Under the pieces are notes generated by a model. It had not been told where the DNA came from, searched no databases, and saw only the letters and a program-made list of their open reading frames with translations. From Malacoraja senta (Eukaryota), in NCBI GenBank assembly GCA_038087875.1, contig CM075991.1, positions 496,001 to 560,000 of the forward strand: a stretch of DNA of 64,000 nucleotides. The letters run 5' to 3'. Below, piece after piece: positions 13,450 to 28,589 of this stretch. The translations under genes were made by a program, and so were the position numbers. How positions within the stretch are numbered: position 1 is the stretch's first letter; each line of letters starts with the position of its first letter.

Positions 13450-13646
13450 CTGCAGCAGTGCCAGCTCCCTGTCCTGACGGGCGATGCTCAGGCTGCATGT
13501 GTGTGCCCGCAGCGTGCAGCCTCGCAGGTCGATGGAGTGTTGCAGCGCGCCGCTGCCTCTGGGTCCCCCGTACATCAGCAGCAGCGGCCCGTCGAGCCGG
13601 CACCACACCATCTGCCAGCAACCCCTCACCAGAACCCGCAGCGAGC
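13450..13646 (-). CDS. AFAP1-family gene, PH2 domain exon, phase 1-0
   Basis: ctctgccctgcag|GC...CAG|gtaagg; GSLRVLVRGCWQMVWCRLDGPLLLMYGG...IDLRGCTL...ELALLQ matches the AFAP-type PH2 start pattern (G.L.VLV...W...WC) and the L.GC motif. Confidence 0.85.
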
Positions 13647-14072
13647 CTGCAGGGCAGAGGCAGCAACGTGGAACACACTCCCCGCAGTGAGAGGGGACAC
13701 ACACGGTCACAGGGGCAACGTGCAAACTCCACATAGGCAGCGAGCCTGCAGGGCAGAGGCAGCAACGTGGAACACACTCCCCGCAGTGAGAGGGGACACA
13801 CACGGTCACAGGGGCAACGTGCAAACTCCACATAGGCAGCGAGCCTGCAGAGCAGAGGCAGCAACGTGGAACACACTCCCCGCAGTGAGAGGGGACACAC
13901 ACGGTCACAGGGGCAACGTGCAAACTCCACATAGGCAGCGAGCCTGCAGAGCAGAGGCAGCAACGTGGAACACACTCCCCGCAGTGAGAGGGGACACACA
14001 CGGTCACAGGGGCAACGTGCAAACTCCACATAGGCAGCGAGCCTGCAGAGCAGAGGCAGCAACGTGGAACAC
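13638..14072. repeat. 99-bp tandem repeat (about 4.4 units) containing the PH2-exon splice acceptor
   Basis: gcgagcctgcag recurs at 13641, 13740, 13839, 13938 and 14037. Confidence 0.95.
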
Positions 14073-14487
14073 AGCCTGGTTGGTCAGTTAAGGGGGAGAC
14101 ACACACGTGTGGGATGTGGGGGGAAACCGGGGCACCCGGCGAAAACCCCACCCGTTCACGGGGAGAATGTATAAACTCCACACAGACAGCAGCCGAGGTG
14201 AAGATGGAACCCGGGTCCCTGGTGCTGCGAGGCAGCAGCTCTACCCGCTGCGCCACTGTGCCGCCCACAAGATGGTGCCACCACAGTTCTAGGATGCCAC
14301 TGATCTCAGCTTTGTTTTGTGCTGAGGATGGGATAGTGGAAAGAGGTGTCATGTTGAGAACTGCAGCATCGCTAGGCCACCCCGTCACCACCATGTCTGT
14401 GCAGCTGAGGCAGGATGGTCCTGGGTCTGTTGCTGCCCCCCCCCCCCCGCTGACATCAGAACATCTCCTCACCCGGTGCTCTGAGCA

Positions 14488-15066
14488 TTTATTTTTAAAA
14501 AGCTAAAATAAGTTAAATCAATTATTGCAATAATATAAACACAAAATACTAAACAAACCCACTACCATAATACAAAATCACCCAACTATCTAAACTAGTA
14601 TTCTTAAATGCTACCCTCTTATAATATTACGATCAATATGACAATCCTTGTCAAGGATACATTCCACCCACCATGGTGCCCAGCAGGCCTGGAAATCTCC
14701 CATTATGCCGGTGGACATTGGGCCCTGTGGGAATTCTCTGCCTCAGAGGGCGGTGGAGGCAGGTTCTGTGGATACTTTCAAGAGAGAGCTAGATAGGGCT
14801 CTTAAAAATAGCAGAGTCAGGGGATATGGGGAGAAGGCAGGAACGGGGTACTGATTGGGGATGATCAGCCATGATCACATTGAATGGCGGTGCTGGCTCG
14901 AAGGGCCGAATGGCCTACTCCTGCACCTATTGTCTATTGACAGAGTGTAGCCCCTCTCTAGCTCCACGCGGGCGTGGACGTAACCCCGGAAACGTGGCAG
15001 GCAGCCGACTCGAGCGGAGCCATCTTCCCCCACGGTGCCATGACTCGCGGATTTCCAGCTTGGCCA
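14488..15066 (-). mobile_element. Tx1 3' fragment interrupted by a CR1 3' end (about 14725-14938, +)
   Basis: Antisense LAKLEIRES...FRGYVHARVELERG; A-rich tail; TSD ggtgctctga(g/a)ca on both sides. Confidence 0.7.
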
Positions 15067-15169
15067 GGTGCTCTGAACACTGTGTGTCTCCATAGCTCAG
15101 ACGTGCGTTAACTAACACAGGAGATAGAGTTGTGCCCACCCCCACGCCCCTCCCCCAGTATGAGATCTC

Positions 15170-15401
15170 ACGCCTTCCCCTTTTCCAGGGTTACGTCCGA
15201 GAGAAGGACTAGGTGCTGTCCACGGGCGCCCGGGGGGGTTGAATGCATCCTTAATAAGGATGGGGAGATAGTTGTTTAAGAGAGTATTTAGTATATGAAG
15301 TATATCTGTTTGACGTATTATGGTGGTGGGGTTTGTTTTGATTTATTTCGAATGCTACACATTATTGTAAATAATTGAACAAATTATTTTTGGTTACAAA
15401 A
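15170..15401 (+). mobile_element. Tx1 extreme 3' fragment
   Basis: Matches 19380-19650 (gaatgcatccttaataagga...gttgtttaaga) and ends in an A run. Confidence 0.65.
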
Positions 15402-18400
15402 ACCATATAACCATTCCAGCACGGAAACAGGCCATCTTGGCCCTTCACGTCCGTGCCCAACACTTTTTTCCTCTTCCCTTCTTTCTTCTTACTTCCCCCT
15501 AGTCCGATCTACCTGCACTCAGACCATAACCTTACATTCCTTTCCCGTCCATATACCCATCCAATCTATTTTTAAAGGATAAAAACGAACCTGCCTCCAC
15601 CACTTCCACTGGAAGCTCATTCCACACAGCTACCACTCTCTGAGTAAAGAAGTTCCCCCATATGTTACCCCTAAACTTCTGTCCCTTAATTCTCAAGTCA
15701 TGTCCCCTTGTTTGAATCTTCCCTACTCTCAATGGGAAAAGCTTATCCACGTCAACTCTGTCTAACCCGCTCATAATTTTAAAGACCTCTATCAAGTCCC
15801 CCCTTAACTTTCTGCCCTCCATAGAATAGAGACCTAACTTGTTCAACCTTCCTCTGTAACTTAGTTGCTGAAACCCAGGCAACATTCTAGTAAATCTCCT
15901 CTGTACTCTCTCTATTTTGTTGACATCCTTCCTATAATTAGGTGACCAAAATTGTACTCCATACTCCAGAATTGGCCTCACCAATGCCTTGTACAATTTT
16001 AACATTACATCCCAACTTCTATATTCAATGCTCTGATTTATAAAGGCCAGCATACCAAAAGCTTTCTTTATCACCCTATCTACATGAGATTCCACCTTCA
16101 GGGAACTATGCACAGTTATTCCCAGATCCCTCTGTTCAACTGCATTCCTCAATTCCCTACCATTTACCATGTACGTCCTATTTTGATTTGTCCTGCCGAG
16201 ATGTAGCACCTCACATTTATCAGCATTAAACTCCATCTGCCATCTTTCAGCCCACTCTTCCAAATGGCCTAAATCTCTCTGTAGACTTTGAAAATCTACT
16301 TCATTCTCCACAACACCACCTATCTTAGTATCATCTGCTTACTTACTAATCCAATTTTCCACACCATCATCCAGATCATTGATGTACATGACAAACAACA
16401 GTGGACCCAACACAGACCCCTGAGGCACCCCACTAGTCACCGGCCTCCAACCTGACAAACAGCCATCCACCATTACTCTCTGGCATCTCCCATTCAGCCA
16501 CTGTTGAATCCATCTTGCTACTCCACCATTAATACCCAACAATTGAATCTTCTTAACCAACCTTCCATGAGGAACCTTGTCAAAGGCCTTACTGAAGTCC
16601 ATATAGACAACATCCACTGCTTTACCCTCATCAATTTCCCTAGTAACCTCTTCGAAAAATTCAAGAAGATTAGTCAAACATGACCTTCCAGGCACAAATC
16701 CATGTTGACTGTTCCTAATCAGACCCTGCTTATCCAGATGCTTATATATATTATCTCTAAGTATCCTTTTGATTAATTTGCCCACCACTGACGTCAAACT
16801 AACAGGTCTATAATTGCTAGGTTTACTCTTAGAACCCTTTTTAAACAACGGAACAACATGCGCAGTACGCCAATCCTCCGGCACTATTCCCGTTTCTAAT
16901 GACATTTGAAATATTTCTGTTATAGCCCCTGCTATTTCTACACTAACTTCCCTCAATGTCCTAGGGAATATCCTGTCAGGACCTGGAGACTTATCCGTTT
17001 TCATATTTTTCGTAACTGTCCGCACCTCCTCTTCTTTGAATCTCATAGTTTCCATTGCTTCTCTGCTTGTTTCCCTTACCTCACATAATTCCATATCCTT
17101 CTCCTTGGTGAATACCGAAGAAAATAAATTGTTCAATATCTCCCCCATCTCTTTTGGCTCTGCAGATAGCTGTCCACTCTGACTCTCTAATGGACCAATT
17201 TTATTCCTTGTTATCCTTTTGCTATTAATATAGCTGTAGAAACCCTTTGGATTTACTTTCACCTTACTTGCCAAAGCAACCTCATATCTTCTTTTAGCTT
17301 TTCTAATTTCTTTCTTAATATTCTTTTTACATCCTTTATACTCCTCAAGCACCTCATTTACTCCATGCTGCCTATAATTATTGTAGATCTCTCTCTTTTT
17401 CTGAACCGTGTCCAATTTCCCTTGAAAACCATGGCTCTTTCCAATTTTTACTATTTCCTTTCAACCGAACAGGGACATAAAGATTCTGTACTCTTAAAAT
17501 TTCACCTTTAAGTGCCCTCCATTTCTCTTCTACATCCTTCCCATAAAACAACATGTCCCAATTCACTCCTTTTAAATCCTTTCGCATCTCCTCAAAGTTA
17601 GCCTTTCTCCAATCAAAAATCTCAACCCTAGGTCCAGTTCTGACCCTCTCCATAATTATATTGAAACTAATGGTATTGTGATCACTGGACCCGAAGTGCT
17701 CCCCGACGCATACCTCCGCCACCTGCCCTGTCTCATTTCCTAACAGTGTCTCATGTGTCCAGCACTGCCCCTTCTCTAGTAAGTACCTCTATGTATTGCT
17801 GCAAAACACTATCCTGCACACATTTTACAAACTCCAAACCATCCAGCCCTTTTACAGAATGTGTTTCCCAGTCTATGTGTGGAAAATTGAAATCTCCCAC
17901 AATCACTACCTTGTGCTTACTACTAATATCTGCTATCTCCTTACATATTTGCTCTTCCAATTCTCGCTCCCCATTTGGCGGTCTATAATACACCCCTATA
18001 AGTGTTGCTACACCTTTCCCATTTCTCAGTTCCACCCAAATAGCCTCCCTAGATGAGCCCTCTAATGTATCCTGCCAAAGCACTGCTGTAATATCTTCCT
18101 TGACAAGCAATGCAACACCCCCACCTCTTGCCCCTCCAATTCTATCACCCCTGAAGCAACAAAATCCTGGAATATTTAGTTTCCAATCACAGCCCTCCTG
18201 GAACCATGTTTCACTAATCGCCACAACATCATACTTCCAGGTGTCAATCCAGGCTCTAAGCTCATCCACCTTTCTTACAATGCTCCTAGCATTAAAATAT
18301 ACACATTTAAGAAACCCACCACCACTTATTCTGTTTATTATCTTTTTCTTCTTTCTCCCCTACATTTTGGGTCCGAGTGCTTCCCTTCTCTGCCTCCTGC

Positions 18401-19000
18401 CTCCCACATTTTCAACTAGCTTTCTCTATTTGAGTTCCTCCCCCCAACCGTTCTAGTTTAAAGTCTCCCCAGTAGCCTTTGCAAATCTCCCCGCCAGGAT
18501 ATTGGTCCCCCTCGGGTTTAAGTGCAACCCGTCCTTTCTGTACAGGTCACACCTTCCCCATAAGAGTTCCCAATGATCCAGAAATTTGAATCCCTGCCCG
18601 CTGCACCAGTTCCTCAGCCACGCATTTATCCTCCACCTCATTCCATTCCTACTCTCACTGTCGCGTGGCACAGGTAGTAATCCTGAGATTGTTACCTTTG
18701 CGGTCCTTCTCCTTAACTCTCCTCCCAACTCCCTAAATTCTCCTTTCAGGACCTCTTCTCTTTTTCTGCCTATGTCATTAGTACCTATATGTACCACGAC
18801 CTCAGGCTCCTCTCCCTCCCATTTCAGGATATCTTGGACACGTTCAGACACATCCCTGACCCTGGCACCAGGGAGGCAAACTACCATACGGGTCTCCTGA
18901 CTGCGTCCACAGAATCGCCTATCCGACCCCCTAAGTATAGAGTCCCCTATTACTATTGTCCTCCTCTTCTTTTCCCAACCCTGCTGAGCAATAGGGCCGG
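15402..19000 (-). mobile_element. Near full-length CR1 LINE (SGNH esterase ORF1 + EN/RT ORF2), disrupted
   Basis: ORF1 piece CLPGARVRDV...VVVHIGTNDIG...[53 protein letters not shown] tail. Confidence 0.92.
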
Positions 19001-19009
19001 TCTCTTAAG

Positions 19010-19652
19010 AAAAGGAAATAAAATAGAAATGGGGGTCCCTCTACGCAGGGATTTTCCCCCTCTACATCGGGGACCTGGGTTGGAGTCCCCTGCAACCTGT
19101 TCACAGACTCGCCAGCTGCCTGCCACGTTTGCGGGCTGGAAGAATCTGTGTTCCACGTGTATATGGAGTGTGTGAGGTTGCAGCCCCTGTTCCAATATCT
19201 AAAGGGGCTTCTCCTGGCTGAACTTCACACCCACCATCCTCATCTTTGGACACCCTGTGTGTAGGGGAGAGGGAAGGGCTGTAGATGTCCTGGTTGGGTC
19301 GCTCCTGGGCCTGGCCAAGCTGGCCATCCACGAGTCACGGCGGCAGGCGGTGGAGGGCTTTACCCGAGCCGGCTGCCTGCCCCTTTTCCGGGGTAACGTC
19401 CGAGCCCGGGTGGTACTAGAAAGGGACTACGCACTGTCCACGGGCACCCTGGGGGATTTCCGGGACCGCTGGGCACCGCGGGGGGTGGAATGCATCCTTA
19501 ATAAGGAAGGGGAAATAGTTGTTTAAGAGTGTAACATTTAAGAATATTAGTTTAGATAATGTGGTGATTTTGTATTATGGTGCTGGGTTTAGTATTGGTT
19601 CATATTGCCTACATTATTGCAATAATTGATTATATTTATTTTGTTTTAAAAA
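19010..19652 (+). mobile_element. Tx1 3' fragment
   Basis: PLYIGDLGW and CHVCGLEESVFHVYMEC zinc motif; RARVVLERD...RWAP; AT-rich 3' UTR. Confidence 0.8.
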
Positions 19653-19758
19653 ATAGGAGATCGAGTTGTACAGCACAGAAATGAGCCCTGCAGCCCCCAA
19701 TCTCCAATGCTGAGCATGATGACAAGATCAATTCATCTCCTTATGCAGTTCCCATGTC

Positions 19759-21876
<2,118 letters not shown>

Positions 21877-21889
21877 GGCACGGACTCAC

Positions 21890-21977
21890 CTGCACTGTGG
21901 GTGTGTGAGCTCCGTGACACGACCATCTCCCCCAGGGGCCGGTGTGACTCCAGGCTCCGTGTAGCCCTCAGTGCCAC
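21890..21977 (-). CDS. AFAP1-family gene, internal exon, phase 0-1
   Basis: cttcactgcag|GTG...GCA G|gtgagt; 88 nt, VALRATRSLESHRPLGEMVVSRSSHTHSA(G). Phases fit both neighbouring exons. Confidence 0.65.
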
Positions 21978-22518
21978 CTGCAGTGAAGCACATACAGCAC
22001 TAACTCAGTAACTGGCCGGTGGGCAAGGTGGTACAGCACAGCACCACCTAGTGGTGGGTGGGGAGGCAGCTCTCTCTGCCCTTCATTACAGCAGGGATGG
22101 AGCTTAGTATCAGGGAGGTACTGGTTAGTCAGAGAGTCACACAGTACGGAAACAGGCCCTTCGGCCCAAACTGCCCGTGCCAACCAACATTACCCATCTA
22201 TACTGACCTCCCCACCACTGAAGGGGTCTACAGGAGACGCTGCTGCAGGAAGGCGGCTAATATCACTGTGACCACATCTCATCTCATGGCACAGGAGCCT
22301 GAGAACCGTGACCCCCGGCTTCAAGAACAGCTTCTTCCCAGTAGCCATCAGGCTCTTGAATCAAAGATAGATACAAAAAGCTGGAGTAACTCAGCGGGAC
22401 AGGCAGCATCTCTGGATGGAAGGAATGGGTAACGTTTCGGTTTGAGACCATTCTTTAGAACCATCTGGCTCTTGAAACATCCTGTACAACCCGAACCACA
22501 ACCCTACAGCAGCAACAA

Positions 22519-22812
22519 GGGCGGCACGGTGACGCAGCGGGAGAGTTACTTACAGCGCTTGCATCGCCGGAGACCCGGGTTCGATCTCGACTATGGGTGC
22601 TGTCTATACGGAGTTTGTATGTTCTCTCCGTGACATGTGGGTTTTTTCCGCGATCTTCGGTTTCCTCCCACACTCCAAAGACGTGCAGGTTTGTAGGTTA
22701 ATTGGCTTGGTATAAGTGTAAATTGTCCCTAGTGTTAAAGGGTAGTTAGTGTGTGGTGCGGACCGGAGGGGCCGAAGGGCCTGTTTCTGCGCTGTATCTG
22801 TAAACTAAACTA
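22519..22812 (+). mobile_element. tRNA-derived V-SINE (HE1-like)
   Basis: ggcggcacggtgacgcagcgg head, B box gggttcgatc, V domain, taaactaaac tail. Confidence 0.8.
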
Positions 22813-23184
22813 GACTTTGCAATACTAATGTGCGAGCTACTTTGTTTACAGACTATGATAGATCAGGCTATCACAGTCTGAGAACTCACTGTATATTTAT
22901 TCTAGTTATCTAAAGTGCCTGCAACATTGGGGCAAGTATGAATTTGTAAACAGGCTGTGACCCTGTGTCCCTGCCCCTCACTGTCTGACCCTCCAATCCA
23001 TCCATTCCTCCTCACCATTTCCTGTCCCTTAACCAATGAATCAGTGCAAATCGCAGAGACATCCAGCACGGAAACAGTCCCTTCGGCCCACCGACTCTGT
23101 GCTAACCACCAGCAAACTTACACATCCAACATCACTTCTGTTTCATTACCCCGCATCCCTTTTTCCCCAGGGTGGAAATGTCCT

Positions 23185-23550
23185 ACACAAGAGTTGGCCG
23201 GGATAGAGTGGATGTGGAGAGGATGTTTCCACTAGTGGGAGAGTCTAGGACCAGAGGTCACAGCCTCAGAATTAAAGGGCGTTCTTCTAGGAAGGAGATG
23301 AGGAGGAATTTCTTTAGTCAGAGGGTGTTGAATCTGTGGAATTCTTTGCCACAGAAGGCTGTGGAGGCCAAGTCAGTGGATATTTTTAAGGCAGAGATAG
23401 ATAGATTCTTGATTATTGCGGGTGTCAGGGGTTATGGGAAGAAGGCAGGGAATGGGGTTAGGTGGGAGAGATCGATCAGCCATGATTGAATGGCAGAGTA
23501 GATTTAATGGGCCGAATGGCCTAATTCTACTCCTATCCCTCATGACCTTA
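23185..23550 (+). mobile_element. CR1 3' fragment
   Basis: RMFPLVGESRTRGHSLRIKG...WNSLP plus 3' UTR. Confidence 0.8.
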
Positions 23551-23769
23551 TGACCTTAAAGGGCATAACTACAAGGTGAGCAGGGGGAGTGCGGGGCAAG
23601 TTATTTTTATTACATACAGTAGTGGGGGCCTGAAACCCGCTGCCAGGGGTGGTGGTGGAGGCAGATACGATAGTGGCGTTAAAGAGGCTTCTACATAGAC
23701 ACATGGATTTGGCATCGACATTGCTAGCCAAAGAGCTGGCGAGGAGACACAGGGAAATGCAGGGATATG

Positions 23770-25205
23770 GATCATTTTTTAAAAAGGGAGGGAGAGAGAA
23801 AACGGGGAATTACAGACCAGTTAGTCTAACATCGGTAGTAGGGAAACTGCTAGAGTCAGTTATTAAAGATGGGATAGCAACACATTTTGAAAGTGGTGAA
23901 ATCATTGGACAAAGTCAGCATGGATTTACGAAAGGTAAATCATGTCTGACGAATCTTATAGAATTTTTCGAGGATGTAACTAGTAGAGTGGATAAGGGAG
24001 AACCAGTGGATGTGTTGTATCTGGACTTTCAGAAGGCCTTCGACAAGGTCCCACATAAGAAATTAGTATGCAAACTTAAAGCACACAGTATTGGGGGTTC
24101 AGTATTGATGTGGATAGAGAACTGGCTGGCAGACAGGAAGCAAAGAGTAGGAGTAAACGGGTCCTTTTCAGAATGGCAGGCAGTGACTAGTGGGGTACCG
24201 CAAGGCTCAGTGCTGGGACCCCAGCTATTTACAATATATATTAATGATTTGGATGAGGGAATTGAATGCAACATCTCCAAGTTTGCAGATGACACGAAGC
24301 TGGGGGGCAGGGTTAGCTGTGAGGAGGATGCTAGGAGGCTGCAAGGTGACTTGGATAGGCTGGGTGAGTGGGCAAATGCATGGCAGATGCAGTACAATGT
24401 GGATAAATGTGAGGTTATCCACTTTGGTGGCAAGAACAGGAAAGTAGACTATTATCTGAATGGTGGCCAATTAGGAAAAGGGGAGATACAACGAGACCTG
24501 GGTGTCATGGTACACTAGTCATTGAAAGTAGGCATGCAGGTGCAGCAGGCAGTGAAGAAAGCGAATGGTATGTTAGCATTCATAGCAAAAGGATTTGAGT
24601 ATAGGAGCAGGGAGGTTCTACTGCAGTTGTACAGGGTCTTGGTGAGACCACACCTGGAGTATTGCGTCCAGTTTTGGTCTCCTAATCTGAGGAAAGACAT
24701 TCTTGCCATAGAAGGAGTACAGAGAAGGTTCACCAGACTGATTCCTGGGATGTCAGGACTTTGATATGAAGAAAAACTGGATAGAATCAGCTTGTACTCG
24801 CTAGAATTTAGAAGATTGAGGGGGGATCTTATAGAAACGTACAAAATTCTTAAGGGGTTGGACAGGCTAGATGCAGAAAGATTGTTCCCGATGTTGGGGA
24901 AGTCCAGAACAAAGGGTCACAGTTTAAAGATAAGGGGGAAGTCTTTTAGGACCGAGATGAGAAAATCATTTTTCACACAGAGAGTGGTGAATCTGTGGAA
25001 TTCTCTGCTACAGAAGGTAGTTGAGGCCAGTTCATTGGCTATATTTAAGAGGGAGTTAGATGTGGCCCTTGTGGCTAAAGGGATCAGGGGGTATGGAGAG
25101 AAGGCAGGTACGGGATACTGAGTTGGATGATCAGCCATGATCATATTGAATGGCGGTGCAGGCTCGAAGGGCCGAATGGCCTACTCCTGCACCTATGTTT
25201 CTATG
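23770..25205 (+). mobile_element. 5'-truncated CR1 LINE
   Basis: RT motifs [16 protein letters not shown] and KFADDTK; C-terminal VRPHLEYCVQFW; CR1 3' UTR. Confidence 0.9.
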
Positions 25206-26483
25206 TGCAGGGATAGGGGATTACTTTATCTTGGCATCATGTACGGCACAGATACTGTGGGCCGAAGGGCCTGTTCCTGTGCTGTACTGTTCCATGTTTT
25301 ATCCCATAAATTCCACACTGCCCTGTATATTGGGAGCAACCTGCAGCAGCCAAATAGCCCACCGCCTAGGGGAACCCCCCTGGTCACAGGGAGAGCGAGC
25401 AGACGCCACACAGACAGTACCCATGGTCAGGATCAAATCGGGTGGTTGGAGGGAGAGGGACGAGGACCGGGCAGGTGGGACTCCCACTAGGCAACGTGGC
25501 TAGCATGAACAAGTAGGGCCAAAAGGCCTGTTTCCATACTGTATGATGTCTCTATGTGTGTATAAAGGCCCTGTCCCACTTATGTGTCCTCGGCACGCAA
25601 ATTACGTGACCTTGTTGTTGCGTTGAGGCGCACGGGCATCGTGTGGGGCCGGTCCCACTGAGAAGGGTATGTAGTTGTGCGCAGTATCGCGCGGTGCTCC
25701 GGAATTTTGTACCGAATGAAATCTTCGCACGCCAACGGCCTGTCGTGGAACTGACGGCCAAAGTGGGACAGGCCCAAGACCCTTGTGCGACGCAACGTCT
25801 CACCTCCAGCAGCAGCAGAAGCAGGCAAACGATCGCCGAGCTCGGCCTGGGGCTCACGGCCGTTGCGGTCCGGATCCGCCCCCACTCCTACTCCCAGAGC
25901 GGGGTCAGGTGAGGAGCTGTTCTGCTGGCGGGGAGGATTTGATGAACTTTTCGGAAGGTTTTGTTTGGCGGGGAGAAACAAAAGCAGTCAGACTTTGCAG
26001 TTCAGAGCTTTGTCGATCTGCTGAGACTTTCTTTGTTCAAGGATTCCTCTAATTAGGGAGGATTTGTCCGTGTATCTGTAAAGTCGTAGGAGCGGCAGTG
26101 GCTGGCGGAAGGCCAAGTTACACTTGAACTAGTGGGAGCTGAGACTGGAGCGGTGTTTGTGTTCAGTAACATCGGAAAGCTCCCTCCTACACCGACTTGC
26201 CCGGTCCAGGTGGGCTGGGTAAGAACAGCAACAGTGCCTTGGATTCCGTTGAAGCCGGGGAGGCGCCGGAGACCTGGGGAAGAAGCCTCCGGAAGCTCCA
26301 TTTTTGACGACAGGGAGGATTGGCACGGACATTCCTATCAGGAGGAGACTGCTTCTGTTGCTTGCCAAGAAAGCCTTCACAAAACTATTTAACTGCTGCA
26401 AAAGAGTGGAGGTGCAGCAACAGCAGAAAGACTGCTTTGATTATAAAGTACTGGTACTTTGTGTGTTGTGCCACGCCCTAAAG

Positions 26484-28589
26484 ATGGCAGCCCCTCAGAG
26501 TTATGCAGCTGTCGCACGGTCGGCAGACTCCGAGACTGAGGGCCACGAGTTGATGGGGCGCACATATGGTGTAAAAATGTACATGCAGAGCAACCTGCCC
26601 TTAAAGGCCTTACTAGATGCGTTGGGTGAGACTGTTGGCAAGAAAGCCATAGTCTCGGGCGCGGTGGTCAGTGGGAAGGTTGTGGTTCTACTAAAGACTG
26701 AACAGGCGGTGGCTCTGGCTCTGGAAAGGGGGGTAACAGCAGGCGGGGATTTTTGCGGCGGTGGACCCATGGGGGGGTCCTGTTTTGCCGGTCATTCTGT
26801 CCAACGTTCCCACTTTTGTTCCGGATGCGCTCCTGCTCCTACATGTAAGGAAGCTGGGGGAGGTGCGGTCAGGGCTCACCAAACTGTTGTACAGGTTTGA
26901 CGATCCTGAGATGCAGCATATATATACGTTCAAGCGTCGCGTGTATATACAGTTGGCACAGGGGACGGACACGGAGGGGAGTTTTGAGGTGGAGGTGGAT
27001 GATTTCTCCTATTGCGTGTTCTGGAATGCGGGCCAAGTGCGTTGTCACGCTTGCAAAAAGGTGGGGCATTTTCGCAAGAATTGTCCCAGGACCCGGGCTG
27101 CCAGTTCCACCACGATGGCACGGGAAAGCACTACTGGCCCATCTGGGGCTGCTGGTTTTACCATGGTGGCCCGTGAAGGCTTTACTCCCCTACCCCCAAC
27201 CCCTATCCCCCCACCACCCCCATGTCCCGTACCTGTGACGGTGGATGCCGGAGAAGTGCGTAGGGTGGATGGGAAGGTTTGGGAGCATCAGAAGGGGAGG
27301 AAAGTCAAGAAAAAGAAGAAACATCTCCAGGCGGGTCCCCTAGAAGATGATCACCTCCAAGCGGGACCCCAGGCAGCAGATAATTTCATGCTCGCCTCTG
27401 AGATAGACGGTAGTGTGGAGGTAGAGGCTTCTGCAATGGAGCTCACCGTACCACCGTACGCCAGTGGTTCGAAGAGGAGGAGGCATGGGTCCTCCGATAC
27501 AGAGAAGGGCCCTGAAGTTCAGGGGCAACCTGAAGGGGAGCCTTCCCCTCGTGTTGAGGTGGGGTACCCAGGGCACGTTTCCTCTGAGGGGGAGGATGCC
27601 TCTGTAGGTCTGGGACCACCTGAGAGTGGAGATATATTGCTCTTGGGGGCTGTCCCCCAGAAAACACGTCTGCTAGCTTAGTGGGTGACCAGGGGCAGCC
27701 TGAAGGGGGGGACTTGGGTGAGGGGGTGGGTCCCCAGCATGAGCTCCCCGTTGAGGCTACAAGCCCAGTTGAGGGGTGTGAAGGCCCACTGGTTGAGGGA
27801 GCAGGGGAGACTCCAGTAACATCGGCCCCTGAGGGTCACTGTGAGGTGATTCACCTGGTGGTGGGGGACGGGGACTCTCTGGGTGACGGTGCATGGGCGG
27901 ATACCCTGGGTGCGGAGGAGGGCAAGATCGTTTTGGATCGTGTCCTTAGGTCGGACTCCAGACAGACCCGCTTACAGCAAGGCCCGGAGACTTGCTCTGA
28001 CTTCACTGTTCCCAATCCGGTTACAGAGGGTGATGAGAGCGTGCAGGAGACGGGCCAATTGTCAGATAGCTTGCCGCGGTCAGAGGCACTGGTACCTGCC
28101 CCTGTCACTGATCCTGGGGGTGGGATGGTGACAGAGGAGGGACTGTGTGATGTGGCTGGAATGCCCACCTCACAGGGAGGGGTGAGCGAGGCGGCTGAGG
28201 GTAGTAACTTTCCGGACTCGGGCTCGGACATTGAGTGCGAGGGGGAGGAGGGGTACCCGGAGTCCGTTGACAGTGAGTTGACGGACTGCTCCACCCGCGG
28301 CCCCATGTCTCGACTTGTCGAAGTCTGGGAACTTCGGAAGTTCTTAAAGGACACTAGAGGGAGTAGGAACAAGGTGGATTTGGCTGTCGACCGCTGGTCG
28401 GACCTGATGGCGCCCATGCAGTCTATTCATGCCATCCTTCAGAAGAAGGGGAATGAGGCGGGACTAGTAAGAAATGAGAGGCGCCAGTTCCAAGAGCTTT
28501 TTAAGGTCCTAAAGAGAGGGCAGAAGGGTTGGGGCGGCTCCAATCCATCACCGGGGACGGGTAAAAGATCTAGTGTACTTTCAAAATGA
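26484..28589 (+). pseudogene. Tx1 ORF1 (CCHC zinc knuckle), disrupted
   Basis: ATG at 26484 (MAAPQSYAAV...), frameshift near 26750, in-frame stop near 27680. Confidence 0.75.

Noticed and set aside
12080..14091. 420-629 aa His/Thr/Pro ORFs on the + strand
   Set aside because: Stop-free CA-rich repeats; the real coding signal is on the - strand.
14285..14395. Unique - strand stretch that could be a pre-PH2 linker exon
   Set aside because: No convincing GT donor and no recognisable homology.
22519..22600. tRNA-like A/B boxes as tRNA genes
   Set aside because: These are SINE heads continuing into the V domain and LINE tail.
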